Part shown: positions 1-9,793 of the stretch, piece by piece | How the letters are laid out: every line of letters starts with the position of its first letter | Position numbering within the stretch: the first letter of the stretch is position 1 | DNA from: a virus | Lineage: Duplodnaviria; Caudoviricetes | Length of the DNA stretch: 64,000 nucleotides | Reading direction: 5' to 3' (one strand) | IMG/VR virus record: IMGVR_UViG_3300029305_004466 | Translations under genes and position numbers: made by a program | Notes under the pieces: generated by a model | Told to the model about the DNA's origin: nothing | Database searches by the model: none | Seen by the model: only the letters and a program-made list of their open reading frames with translations

Positions 1-2
1 AA

Positions 3-164
3 GAGCTTCAGAATAAGCTTGAAAACATCGGCATTAAGGGTGAAGTTGTAACTGATGAAGAACTTGCAGAAATCAATGCAGAAAACGCAGCTATCGAGTC
101 CGAGATGGCTAAGATTGCAGAGGAATATAGTGCAGACGCAGATAGCCCAGAAAGCGAAGATTAA
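3..164 (+). CDS. 3' end of a gene truncated by the window; acidic C-terminal tail (ELQNKLENIG...ADSPESED*)
   Basis: Open frame from the window edge to TAA at 162-164; not in the ORF track. Confidence 0.7.
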   Translation, partial: ELQNKLENIGIKGEVVTDEELAEINAENAAIESEMAKIAEEYSADADSPESED

Positions 165-852
165 TTACCCTTTCTTTGTAGATGCTTTATTATCTAAATA
201 CGAACAGCAAATGCGGGACTTTTTAATGTATGATTTTAATATTAGTCTTAAATCTATGTTGTTAAAGTACAATTATAAAGAGTTTGATAAGTATTTCTTT
301 AACAGTTGTAGGCAAACGGCTATTTTTGGAGCAGCGGTATTAAGTATGAAGTTCCCAGAATATACCTATAAAGCATATGAGGCAACGTTTAATGATACGT
401 TATTTGGAAGACCAGTAACGTATCAACATTGCTTCATAATAGCAACAAGTAAAGAAATAAATAGAAATATCTTAATTGATATGGCTAGAACTACAAACCC
501 TTTAGTGTTTGAACCTATTAATGAAAATCATTTTTATCCTAACGTAGATAATTATAAAGATTTAGAAATGACTTCATGTATGGAATTACCATATGAAATG
601 TTAATATTGTGTACACCTCAGGAATATCTAACAGGTTTACCAAGCACACAGTTCTTAAGTGAACTGCTTGAATTCATTGATAATTATCAAAAGTCTACTT
701 CAACAGAAAAGGATAAATTGGTTCAGACTATTTATGATTATCCATTTAAGAAAATGGAACAGTTCAAACTTGAAAACAATATACTGGATGGTGAAATGAA
801 TGGCGACAGATTTATCGGGATTGAACGTACAACAGAAAAATGCAATACTTGA
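130..852 (+). CDS. Hypothetical protein with possible transglutaminase/papain-like Cys-His-Asp triad
   Basis: GTG at 130 preceded by GAGGA; motifs NSCRQTA...QHCFII...ILIDMA. Confidence 0.6.
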   Translation: MQTQIAQKAKINYPFFVDALLSKYEQQMRDFLMYDFNISLKSMLLKYNYKEFDKYFFNSCRQTAIFGAAVLSMKFPEYTYKAYEATFNDTLFGRPVTYQHCFIIATSKEINRNILIDMARTTNPLVFEPINENHFYPNVDNYKDLEMTSCMELPYEMLILCTPQEYLTGLPSTQFLSELLEFIDNYQKSTSTEKDKLVQTIYDYPFKKMEQFKLENNILDGEMNGDRFIGIERTTEKCNT

Positions 853-2737
853 ATCTTTAGATAGTAATGTCGCCTTATTTGCAGGTGCAGGGTCAGGTAA
901 GACAAAGACTATTGTTAAAAGAGTAGAGTATTTGATTGAGACTATGGGTGTTGAGCCTGAAAATATCATGATGATTACTTTTACAAATAAAGCCGCAAGA
1001 GAAATCGTTGAACGTGTTAGTGCTGTGAGAAAAGATGCATGGAAAATGTGGATAGGAACCTTTCATAGTATATGTGTAAGACTCCTAAGAAAATTCGGAC
1101 ACCACATGAAAATTGATTATTTCTCAATTTTAGATGAAAAAGAATCAAAGGAAATGATTAAAAAAATATGTCTTGGACTGGGAAAAGAATTAAGTAACCA
1201 GAGTATCAAAGACATGAAAGCAAAGATAAGTACTTATAAGAGTAATCTTATTAAACCAGAAAAAGTACTATCTTATTGTATCAACGGTAATTCAGATGAT
1301 GTACTGGTTGCATCTGTATATAGGGAATATCAAAACCAATGTTGGAAAGAAAAAAGCTTTGACTTTGATGATTTGATTATATATACAATAATGTTACTGT
1401 CTTCTTACCCAGAAGTAAGAGAATGGGTACACAGTAATATTAAGTACGTAATGACTGATGAATGTCAGGATACCAGTACAGACCAGTTCCAGTTAATTAA
1501 ATTGCTGGTTGGTGACAACAACTTATTCATTTGTGGAGATATTAATCAGAGTATTTATGGCTTTAGAAATGCTAGACCAGAATATCTGAATAGCTTTTGC
1601 GATATATATCCAAATACTAAGATGCTTAAGTTGGAGTTGAATTACAGGTCTACAAAGAATATTATTGATGCAGCGAATGCTGTTATCAATAAAAATACTT
1701 TTGGTGTAAAAATTAACATGAACACAATAAATGAAATTGGAGATAAAATAGGAGTTAAATATTTCGATGGGATTATTCCTAATACGAATAATGAAGTAGC
1801 AGAAGCTAAATGGATTGCTTCTGAAATTAAACTTCTTGTTGGTATGAGAAAGAAAACATATGAAGATTTTGCGATTATATATCGAACCAATATCCAAAGT
1901 AAAGACTTGGAAAAGGTATTCATGCAAGCAGGAATCCCATATACAGTTATCGGAGCATCCTCATTCTGGGGCTCTAAAGAAATGAAAGATATATTGGCAT
2001 TCTGTAAAACTATATTTAATCCTAATGATATAAACTCCTTTAAAAGAGCATTATCCACTATCAGAGGAGTGGGTAAGACTACAATAGATAAGATATTAGG
2101 TTACATGAAAAACAATAACTTAAAGTCTTGTGATGTGTTATCTCATATAGCACTTAACAAAAAGGACTTATATAAAGTTAGTGCAAATTCACAAGCAGAA
2201 TTGCATTTGCTTAATAAGTTGTTGAATTCAGGCTTTACAAAATGTAGTGAAGTGGCTGACTATGTAATCAATAATACTTCATATGCAGAAGAGTTACGTT
2301 TAAGTAATTCTGAAGAAGCAAAGGAAAAACTTGAAATTATAAATGAAACCATTGAGGCTTTCTTACAGTTTGAAGCAACTGGGGATGATGCTGGCTCTGT
2401 TATTGACCAGATTTCTCTTATGTCTGATACAAAAGGACAAGACAAAGAAGACCTTAATGTTGTTAAGCTCATGTCTGCTCATTCATGTAAAGGACTTGAG
2501 TTTGATACTGTTTTTGTAAGTGGAGCAGAAGAAGGGTTATTCCCTCACTGGAACTCCCTTAAATCTAGTAACGCTGCAAAAGAAATCGAAGAAGAGAGAA
2601 GATTATTTTATGTAGCAATGACTAGAGCAAAGAAAAAACTATATATTACATCATGTAAGAAACGAAAAGACCAAGACGTAAAAGTAAGTCGTTTTGTTAA
2701 TGAAATCCCAACTTATTTAACAGAAGAGTGCTTCTAA
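800..2737 (+). CDS. pcrA: UvrD/PcrA/Rep family SF1 DNA helicase
   Basis: AGAGSGKT, TFTNKAA, DECQD, GDINQSIYGFR, NYRS, HSCKGLEF, EERRLFYVAMTRAK. Confidence 0.95.
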   Translation: MATDLSGLNVQQKNAILESLDSNVALFAGAGSGKTKTIVKRVEYLIETMGVEPENIMMITFTNKAAREIVERVSAVRKDAWKMWIGTFHSICVRLLRKFGHHMKIDYFSILDEKESKEMIKKICLGLGKELSNQSIKDMKAKISTYKSNLIKPEKVLSYCINGNSDDVLVASVYREYQNQCWKEKSFDFDDLIIYTIMLLSSYPEVREWVHSNIKYVMTDECQDTSTDQFQLIKLLVGDNNLFICGDINQSIYGFRNARPEYLNSFCDIYPNTKMLKLELNYRSTKNIIDAANAVINKNTFGVKINMNTINEIGDKIGVKYFDGIIPNTNNEVAEAKWIASEIKLLVGMRKKTYEDFAIIYRTNIQSKDLEKVFMQAGIPYTVIGASSFWGSKEMKDILAFCKTIFNPNDINSFKRALSTIRGVGKTTIDKILGYMKNNNLKSCDVLSHIALNKKDLYKVSANSQAELHLLNKLLNSGFTKCSEVADYVINNTSYAEELRLSNSEEAKEKLEIINETIEAFLQFEATGDDAGSVIDQISLMSDTKGQDKEDLNVVKLMSAHSCKGLEFDTVFVSGAEEGLFPHWNSLKSSNAAKEIEEERRLFYVAMTRAKKKLYITSCKKRKDQDVKVSRFVNEIPTYLTEECF

Positions 2738-2786
2738 TTACAAATGGTCATAAAAACAGGTATTATTAATATGGAGGTAAATTCAT

Positions 2787-3431
2787 ATGTCTTATAATTA
2801 TGAAGAAAAATCTGCACCAAAACTTGACGAAGCTTTTAGGCAAAAATTCATTATCAACATAGGCAAAGGCGGAGCAGAAGCTATTAAAGTAGACGGTTTA
2901 ATTGCATTGGCACATGAAAAAGGCATTAAGTCTATGAAGACTAAAATCATTCAGTTCCCAAGTCAGGAAAATCAGTTTACTTGTATTGCATCAACAACAG
3001 TCATCGGTTATGATTGGAATCCTGCTACTAAGCAGATTGAAGAAGTAGAGTTTGAAGATTTTGCAGATGCGAATCCAAATAACTGTACAGCTATGACTAA
3101 AGCATCTTTCATTAGAATGGCATCAACAAGAAGTGTTGGTAGAGCTTTAAGAAAGTATACCAATATTGATATGGTATGCTCTGATGAAATTGCAAATGCT
3201 GTTGATATTGTTGAACCAATGATAGATATGGACCAGTTGATGACAATTAAGAATCTGGTTTCTACAAAGGGTATAACACCAGAAGCATTCCAGAAGATTT
3301 TGTTGCAAAGATATGGACATACCAATTATCAAGGACTTACAATGAAGCAAGGTCATGAAGTAGTTGAAGTACTCCAGAGTATTTCTGCTCAACAGCCACA
3401 GCAAACACAGACCGAAGCTCAAAGTCAGTAA
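2787..3431 (+). CDS. Putative single-strand annealing protein (RecT/Redbeta/Rad52-like superfamily)
   Basis: IKVDGLIALA and RMASTRSVGRALR motifs; small helical C-terminal domain; GGAGG RBS; next to helicase. Confidence 0.55.
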   Translation: MSYNYEEKSAPKLDEAFRQKFIINIGKGGAEAIKVDGLIALAHEKGIKSMKTKIIQFPSQENQFTCIASTTVIGYDWNPATKQIEEVEFEDFADANPNNCTAMTKASFIRMASTRSVGRALRKYTNIDMVCSDEIANAVDIVEPMIDMDQLMTIKNLVSTKGITPEAFQKILLQRYGHTNYQGLTMKQGHEVVEVLQSISAQQPQQTQTEAQSQ

Positions 3432-3443
3432 GGAGCTAAAATC

Positions 3444-4166
3444 ATGCATGGAGACACGAAAAAAATAGCAATCGTACTATCACTATTGTTAACAGCATTT
3501 TTGGTAGCAACTGATGCTATGAACCATGATGATAAAGAATTAGTTACTGAGGTGCTTGTTACAGAAGCACCTCAGATAACAATTACTAATACACCTACGC
3601 CAACACCAACTAATACACCGACTCCTACACCTAGTAATACACCAACGCCAACTGTAACTAATACACCAACACCTACTCCAATTGAAGAGGAACTTGAGAT
3701 TTTTGGGAACATAGAGCCCTATAAGTACTATGAAGTTTATGATTATTATTATCACTCCAACAAGTATCATGCATTGGATTTTAAACTTCAAGAGTATACA
3801 TATGATTTGTGTGTAGAATATGGAATAACAGATTATTTCACACTAATATTATGTCAGTTGTTTTATGAGTCAAGTTACAGACCAACTGCAATAAGCAAAA
3901 CAAATGATTATGGTATTGCACAGATAAATACTTGTAATCATGAATGGTTGTCAAAGGAATTAGGAATAACAGATTTTCTTGACCCAAAACAAAGTATATT
4001 GTGTAATATATATATGATGAGTGGTTATATTGAAAAATATGGCCCAGAAAAAGCTTTGACTAAATATAATACAGGAAAAGCTAAAACTCCCAACAAATAT
4101 GCTAAGAACATAATGTATATGTGGGAAAATGGAGTTAGAGAAATTAAACAGGAGGTTGAACCATGA
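3444..4166 (+). CDS. Membrane-anchored/secreted lytic transglycosylase (SLT domain) with Thr-Pro linker
   Basis: N-terminal hydrophobic helix; ESSY, DYGIAQIN and ALTKYNTG SLT motifs. Confidence 0.85.
   Translation: MHGDTKKIAIVLSLLLTAFLVATDAMNHDDKELVTEVLVTEAPQITITNTPTPTPTNTPTPTPSNTPTPTVTNTPTPTPIEEELEIFGNIEPYKYYEVYDYYYHSNKYHALDFKLQEYTYDLCVEYGITDYFTLILCQLFYESSYRPTAISKTNDYGIAQINTCNHEWLSKELGITDFLDPKQSILCNIYMMSGYIEKYGPEKALTKYNTGKAKTPNKYAKNIMYMWENGVREIKQEVEP
3585..3680 (+). repeat. Four 24-bp units encoding a (T/S)NTPTPT(P/V) linker
   Basis: TNTPTPTP TNTPTPTP SNTPTPTV TNTPTPTP in translation. Confidence 0.9.
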
Positions 4167-4696
4167 TTACAGTTTACAGTTATGATAATGCTCGTAACAT
4201 ACTTGATTTATTTTCAAAGAATCAGGTTGTAGCATTAAAAATTTACCAAGATGATTCTTTTGGTGATTATGTATTTGATTTTAATACTTTAGAAGATTAC
4301 CCAGAAGAGGAACAGGCAGAATTACGTTTACGTTTTAATGAAAAGAATCTCAGTGCTTTTGTTAAAGCAACCAAGGCATTAAATGATTTCATTGCTATGA
4401 AAGAAATTGACAATGTACAATTCTTTAATATGAAATTTGAGATTGGTGAAGTATTCTCTTGTACAAAATCTTTTGGGGAAAAAGAGACTGAAGAACCTTC
4501 AGATGAAAACTATGAAGACTTCATAAATAAATTCGAAAAGTACGTAACAAAAGCTGGAGCATTTAAAATGAATATTCCAGAATTGTTTGTGAAAAATACT
4601 GCTCCTAGTAATGGTAAACAGCGTAACGCTAAATATGTTACTATTACATTTGGTCAGTTAATAAATAAATTAAAGGATGTGAATTTGGATGCCTAA
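4163..4696 (+). CDS. Hypothetical protein
   Basis: 177 aa ORF, GGAGG RBS, ATGA overlap with upstream gene. Confidence 0.75.
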   Translation: MITVYSYDNARNILDLFSKNQVVALKIYQDDSFGDYVFDFNTLEDYPEEEQAELRLRFNEKNLSAFVKATKALNDFIAMKEIDNVQFFNMKFEIGEVFSCTKSFGEKETEEPSDENYEDFINKFEKYVTKAGAFKMNIPELFVKNTAPSNGKQRNAKYVTITFGQLINKLKDVNLDA

Positions 4697-5072
4697 AACC
4701 ATTTTAAAAATTGGTAATGACATCCTTGAGTATAACACTTTTGATAAAACGATACCTGCCGAATTTTACAAGGCAGGTATTTTTTTGTCTTCGGCAGAAA
4801 CTACTTGGATGTTACCATTCCAAAGAAAAAATATTTTAATGAATGAAAAAGTAAGTTTGCCAGATGATTCAATGGGATTGATAACTCAGTGTAATATTTA
4901 TGGATTAATTCCTCAAGTAATAACATCTAATAAACATACTAAAGGAACAGTAATATATCTGTATATAAGAAATGGATTATTGCCGAGAAGGATAAAAGCA
5001 GGTGAACAAATTGCTATAATGCATGTGCTTCCTTGTCTTGAATTACACTATATACAAAATGATGAAATATAA
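4689..5072 (+). CDS. Degenerate trimeric dUTPase-like protein
   Basis: AGIFLSSAE...LPDDSMGLI...IKAGEQIA follows the dUTPase motif order, but catalytic motifs are altered. Confidence 0.6.
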   Translation: MPKTILKIGNDILEYNTFDKTIPAEFYKAGIFLSSAETTWMLPFQRKNILMNEKVSLPDDSMGLITQCNIYGLIPQVITSNKHTKGTVIYLYIRNGLLPRRIKAGEQIAIMHVLPCLELHYIQNDEI

Positions 5073-5124
5073 AAGTAGACTAGTAGTATTATTTATGTTA
5101 AGATAAATCAGGAGGTGCAATAAA

Positions 5125-5388
5125 ATGTTACAAATTACAATCGAACACTACAAAGACGAGGCATCATGCATACAGAAAATCTGTACCGAAACAGAAATGC
5201 TTGCACAGGTGCAGGATAATGTTATTGATTTAGATGTGTGTATCCCATATATTGATGAAGATATTGTGGTATATCATATCTATTCTGAAGATGCAAAGAA
5301 AAACTTTATTACAAACGCTGTTTTAAAAGCAGTAGAGATTGACCCTGCTACAAAAACAAAATGCATTAGATTTGCTCCAAAAAAATAG
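5125..5388 (+). CDS. Hypothetical protein
   Basis: 87 aa ORF with AGGAGGT RBS. Confidence 0.75.
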   Translation: MLQITIEHYKDEASCIQKICTETEMLAQVQDNVIDLDVCIPYIDEDIVVYHIYSEDAKKNFITNAVLKAVEIDPATKTKCIRFAPKK

Positions 5389-5397
5389 GAGGTTATT

Positions 5398-7794
5398 ATG
5401 AAAATACTTCATATAACAGATTCCCATGGTACGGTTAAATCTCCAGAAAGCCGTACCGATTTATATTATTTGACATTCTTAAGAAAGTTTGCAGAAATTA
5501 CTTATGCAGTTAAATTGCATAAGATAGACATGGTTCTCCATACAGGAGACTTGTTCCATACTTCCAGAGTGTCTAATAAGTTTATGGGACAAGTGGCTGA
5601 AATAATTAAAGGATGGGGAGTACCATTCTATGTTGTTCCGGGTAATCATGATATTGATGGATATACAATAGATACCATTGACCAAACTAGCTTAGGATTA
5701 TTAGCTAAGACTGGAACATTAACATTACTTACTAGAGATAATCCAATAAGATTAACAGAAAAACAGAACGGGCAAACCTTTACCGTTGCTATCTCAGGAC
5801 AGGAATACTATTCTGAAATTGATACTGGCAATGAATCGGATTTTGAAATGCAACAGGATGAAGCTGATATGAATATTTTAGCTATTCATGGTTATATAGC
5901 TGATACAAAACAGCATCCTAATATCAGATGTACTTACCCTAAGGATATTATTACAGATGCAGACATAATCTTATCTGGACATTATCATAGGTCTTTTGTT
6001 ATGGATGTAGGTGATACAGCTTATTATAATCCGGGTTCTATGCTTCGTGTAGAAATGACAGAGTATAACAAAACTCATACTCCTCAGTATGGTGTACTTG
6101 AAATAGAACTTGATAATCAGGGTTATGTAGTCTATGACTATAAATTCCATCAGTTCAGAGTTGCAAAACCAAGTACAACGGTATTTGATTATAATTCTGC
6201 AACAGCTGTTAAAAAGCATAGTATTACTTTGGAGAATTTTAAGACAAGTATTGCTAATACAATGCAAAGCATTAATGTTAATCTGGGTGTGACTCCATTA
6301 GGTACTATCACTAATACAGTTATAGATTACTGTACAGCACAGAATTACGATGCATTTCATACAGATAGGTTAAAAGCCAGTGCAGCTATATTATATAACA
6401 ATGCGTCCGTACAAACAGCAGATGAAGATGCTATTGCAACTAAAGGTTTTGTACCGTCTAATGTTCCTGTCAAACTTAAAAGCATTGACATAGAAAACTT
6501 CCAGTCACACGAAAATACCCATGTAGACTTCAATTCTGGGCTGAATGTTATTGTAGGTGAGTCTAACAATGGTAAGACAAGTATTCTTCGTGCAATAGAT
6601 TGGGTTACAGACAATCAACCATTAGGTACAGATTTTATTATGACAGGTAAGAATTACTGTAAGGTAAGAATTACTTATGATAATGATACCTTTATTGAAA
6701 GATATAGAACCTTAAAGGATACAGGTTATTATCGTGTTGGCGTTATTCAGAATGGACAGGAAACTTATCAGGAATATAAAGGTTTTACGAACAATGTTCC
6801 TGTAGAAGTAATGAATGTTCATCAGATGCCTAAAATATGTGTTACAAAAAGTATTGAAACTCATTTGAATAAGATGAGCCAGTTAGAAAGACCATTCTTA
6901 ATAACTGATAATACTAATGAAAAGGCAGCCGCCATTGGTAAGATAACAGGAACGGATATCATTGATACGGCTATTAAAAATGTTTCTTCTGAAATAGCTT
7001 CAGATAAGAAAGTAATAAAGGCAAATATCAAATTAAAAGAAGACTTTGAGGCTACTTTGATTGATATAAATCCTGTAATAGCAAAACAAGAATTCTATAA
7101 GAGAGCTATAAATGTAAATACAAGACTTCATGATTTGCACACTAAGGCACAAGTAATTCATACTGATAGAATTATTTGCAATGATGCTATTAGTAATTGT
7201 ACCAAGACTATAAATAATCTCAAAGTGATTTTGGATAAAACACAAGATGTACATGATGCAGAATTATTAAGAGATAAAATCGTTAACATGATGGACATCT
7301 TAAAAGACCATAATTGGCACAATAAGACCATTAATGAATTAAACGATAAAATAGTCGTCTGCACTAATATAGTGGCACAGGAAGACGTTCTGGTGGCTTG
7401 TAGCCATATCATTGATAAGGTAAAGATACTTCTTAAGCTTTATAGTAATAATATTGCTAATAGAAAGCTTATCGAAGAAGCAAAGAACACCATTGCTAAC
7501 CTGTCTAATATTACTCAAGATATGGAACAATTAGATGCACAGCAAGAAAACATTATGAAAATGATTCAGGGAATAAGAATATATTCTCGTGTCTTGGATA
7601 CGCAAAGCAAAATTCAAGAAGCTCAAGATGATTCTTCCAATGCTTTATTAATAATTGGAGGGTTGGAATCTGAATTAAATGGAATAGAAAATGATATGCA
7701 AGAATTTGTCTTATCCAATAAGATTTGTCCTTGTTGTGGACAAAAGATAACAACTGAAAACGTAACAAGCATTATTAATAATTTTAGGAGGTAG
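5398..7794 (+). CDS. SbcD/Mre11 metallophosphoesterase fused to the N-terminal half of SbcC/Rad50 (Walker A, coiled coil, zinc hook)
   Basis: TDSH, GDLF, GNHD, GHYH, NPGS; then IENFQSH, GESNNGKT, SQLE Q-loop, long coiled coil, CPCC. Confidence 0.9.
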   Translation: MKILHITDSHGTVKSPESRTDLYYLTFLRKFAEITYAVKLHKIDMVLHTGDLFHTSRVSNKFMGQVAEIIKGWGVPFYVVPGNHDIDGYTIDTIDQTSLGLLAKTGTLTLLTRDNPIRLTEKQNGQTFTVAISGQEYYSEIDTGNESDFEMQQDEADMNILAIHGYIADTKQHPNIRCTYPKDIITDADIILSGHYHRSFVMDVGDTAYYNPGSMLRVEMTEYNKTHTPQYGVLEIELDNQGYVVYDYKFHQFRVAKPSTTVFDYNSATAVKKHSITLENFKTSIANTMQSINVNLGVTPLGTITNTVIDYCTAQNYDAFHTDRLKASAAILYNNASVQTADEDAIATKGFVPSNVPVKLKSIDIENFQSHENTHVDFNSGLNVIVGESNNGKTSILRAIDWVTDNQPLGTDFIMTGKNYCKVRITYDNDTFIERYRTLKDTGYYRVGVIQNGQETYQEYKGFTNNVPVEVMNVHQMPKICVTKSIETHLNKMSQLERPFLITDNTNEKAAAIGKITGTDIIDTAIKNVSSEIASDKKVIKANIKLKEDFEATLIDINPVIAKQEFYKRAINVNTRLHDLHTKAQVIHTDRIICNDAISNCTKTINNLKVILDKTQDVHDAELLRDKIVNMMDILKDHNWHNKTINELNDKIVVCTNIVAQEDVLVACSHIIDKVKILLKLYSNNIANRKLIEEAKNTIANLSNITQDMEQLDAQQENIMKMIQGIRIYSRVLDTQSKIQEAQDDSSNALLIIGGLESELNGIENDMQEFVLSNKICPCCGQKITTENVTSIINNFRR

Positions 7795-7796
7795 CT

Positions 7797-8102
7797 ATGT
7801 TAAATATACAGGAGTATGAAACTCAGTTAAAAATGTATAGCAATCAGATAAACACAAAGAAAATGGAAATTAACAATGCAAAAGAAGCTCTTATTGTAGC
7901 CCAGACTCAGTTACAGAGTTATGAAAAACAGGCTAAGGAGTTAGAGCAGGAATGCTTGAATTTAACAGGTAGACCAATCGAAGAGCTTGAACAGATACTT
8001 AGTGATAGCTTAAGCCAGTTACAGGGGCTCATAGCAACTATCACTTCAGTTTCAAATGATGAGATGACACCAGAAGAACTCGCAGGACTTTATACTAATT
8101 AG
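7797..8102 (+). CDS. Small coiled-coil protein, probable middle segment of the split Rad50
   Basis: Heptad-like Q/E/K/L-rich 101 aa protein between the two Rad50 halves; AGGAGG RBS. Confidence 0.65.
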   Translation: MLNIQEYETQLKMYSNQINTKKMEINNAKEALIVAQTQLQSYEKQAKELEQECLNLTGRPIEELEQILSDSLSQLQGLIATITSVSNDEMTPEELAGLYTN

Positions 8103-8113
8103 GAGGTGACGAT

Positions 8114-8836
8114 ATGCAATCATTTGCAGATGTATCCTCTTTTCTGATGGACCAGATACAGATATGTGATAATATTATAAATACTCACAACAATACAAAA
8201 TCCCAGATTGCAAATTTACAAAAGAACATAACCTCAACCGAAGAAAATATAAAGATTAACGAAGAATTGAGTGCGATACTTATTGATTCCGCTAAGATAA
8301 TGCGTGATAAAGCAAAGGCACACTTTGAAAAGATTGTTACCGATGCTTTACAGTTTGTATCTCAGGATAGTACATGTAAGTTTGTAATAGAAGAAAGTAT
8401 GGTAAGAGGCAAACCTGCATATGAATTCTATATAGAAACCATTGTAAATGGTGAAGTGTGTAGAAAGAAGCCAGAAGAATCTTGCGGTGGTGGTTTTATT
8501 GATATTATTTCTGTTACCGCTAAGGTAGCTTATCTTAAGATATATAACAATCCTAAGATAATGAATTACTGTTTCTTTATGGATGAGCCGGGTAAAATGA
8601 TTTCGGAACAAATGTCTGTTAAGTTTGCAGAATATATTAAGTTCTTAGGTAAGCAATTTGGTTTACAAATCATTATGGTAACTCATAATGAAAATATTTC
8701 TGTTGTTGCAGATGAAACCTTTGTAGTTACTAAGAACAGAAGTGGTATTAGCACTGTATCTTCAGCGGTTAATTTATCAACATCCAATATTACAGAAGAT
8801 ATACAAAACATTCTCAAGGAGGAAGAAAATGAGTGA
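8114..8836 (+). CDS. C-terminal half of SbcC/Rad50 ABC ATPase
   Basis: Coiled coil, SCGGG signature-like motif, Walker B FFMDEP, H-loop MVTH. Confidence 0.85.
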   Translation: MQSFADVSSFLMDQIQICDNIINTHNNTKSQIANLQKNITSTEENIKINEELSAILIDSAKIMRDKAKAHFEKIVTDALQFVSQDSTCKFVIEESMVRGKPAYEFYIETIVNGEVCRKKPEESCGGGFIDIISVTAKVAYLKIYNNPKIMNYCFFMDEPGKMISEQMSVKFAEYIKFLGKQFGLQIIMVTHNENISVVADETFVVTKNRSGISTVSSAVNLSTSNITEDIQNILKEEENE

Positions 8837-9563
8837 TATTATAAAATTGTCCATTGAAAGTGGAGAGTATAGCGTATCTGTAACATTGCCAGAAAAAGAA
8901 TTCGTTTTAATGAATCTGGGTGTTGTAATGGGAACACTCAAAAAGAGTTTGCTTGTTATAAAAGGTGAAGAACGTGCAGAAGAAACTCCTGTTACGCCTC
9001 AACCTAAAAAGATAGAAGCCCCAAGAAATGACGAATTCAGAATCCGTGAAAGAATTCCTAATAATGTCGTAGACGTTCAGACTCTTGACGTTAAGCAGGC
9101 AGTAACAGAAAAAGCATTAGTACGTTGTCCTCACTGTGGACAGGCACATTGTTTAGCCGTTAATGCGGGTAGTAAAGTATACTTAATGGAAAAGGATTTA
9201 AAAGAAAATGATTTTAATATCATTGCAGAATACGATTCCTTAACCTGCGAAGATTTTGCTAACGTATGTTGTGAACCAGAAACAGATAGGCTTGCATATT
9301 TCAACGATTTACAAAACGTTGAACCTTTTATTGATAACAATGACTTTGTTGTGAATAATGATTCGGAAGTATTCTGTCCTGTATGTTGTGAATCCGATAC
9401 GTTCTTAAACTGGAAGAAAGCATACGAGACTCCATTAGAATTCTTTGAAACAGAACATTTATGTGATGTATGTGGTGGAGAAACTATTACTAAAGTAGTT
9501 AAAAAACAAAAGATAAATAAATGTGAAAAATGTGGTTATGAAACGCCTTATAAGGAGGATTAG
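8829..9563 (+). CDS. Multi zinc-ribbon protein
   Basis: CPHC, CPVC, CDVC, CEKC; ATG at 8829 after AGGAGG. Confidence 0.75.
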   Translation: MSDIIKLSIESGEYSVSVTLPEKEFVLMNLGVVMGTLKKSLLVIKGEERAEETPVTPQPKKIEAPRNDEFRIRERIPNNVVDVQTLDVKQAVTEKALVRCPHCGQAHCLAVNAGSKVYLMEKDLKENDFNIIAEYDSLTCEDFANVCCEPETDRLAYFNDLQNVEPFIDNNDFVVNNDSEVFCPVCCESDTFLNWKKAYETPLEFFETEHLCDVCGGETITKVVKKQKINKCEKCGYETPYKED

Positions 9564-9564
9564 A

Positions 9565-9792
9565 ATGAAGACTCCTCAATATATTATCAAAGATATTGAA
9601 AATGGTTATATAATAAAATGGAGAACAACAAATAAGATAATTTTATTTGACTCTCAAGAAGAAGCAGAAAAATATATAGACCGTTTTAGTCGTGGTAATT
9701 ATGAAATATGTAAAGGAATTTATTTTTTGCATGATTCAATTAATTATAAGGATGTTTTAAAAAAGGAACTTAGAGAATTGGAGGAAGATTAA
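9565..9792 (+). CDS. Hypothetical protein
   Basis: ATG at 9565 after AAGGAGG. Confidence 0.7.
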   Translation: MKTPQYIIKDIENGYIIKWRTTNKIILFDSQEEAEKYIDRFSRGNYEICKGIYFLHDSINYKDVLKKELRELEED

Positions 9793-9793
9793 T

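Noticed and set aside
55-129. ORF-track start at 55 (likewise 8742, 9523, 14134, 18562, 39043, 44262, 60202, 62205)
   Set aside because: Better RBS-associated starts lie downstream; the extensions overlap upstream genes, promoters or terminators
3-164. Calling the truncated first gene RecA
   Set aside because: Only an acidic tail is visible; no diagnostic motif
5398-8836. SbcC pseudogene interpretation
   Set aside because: Each part has a strong RBS, tidy spacing and intact motifs
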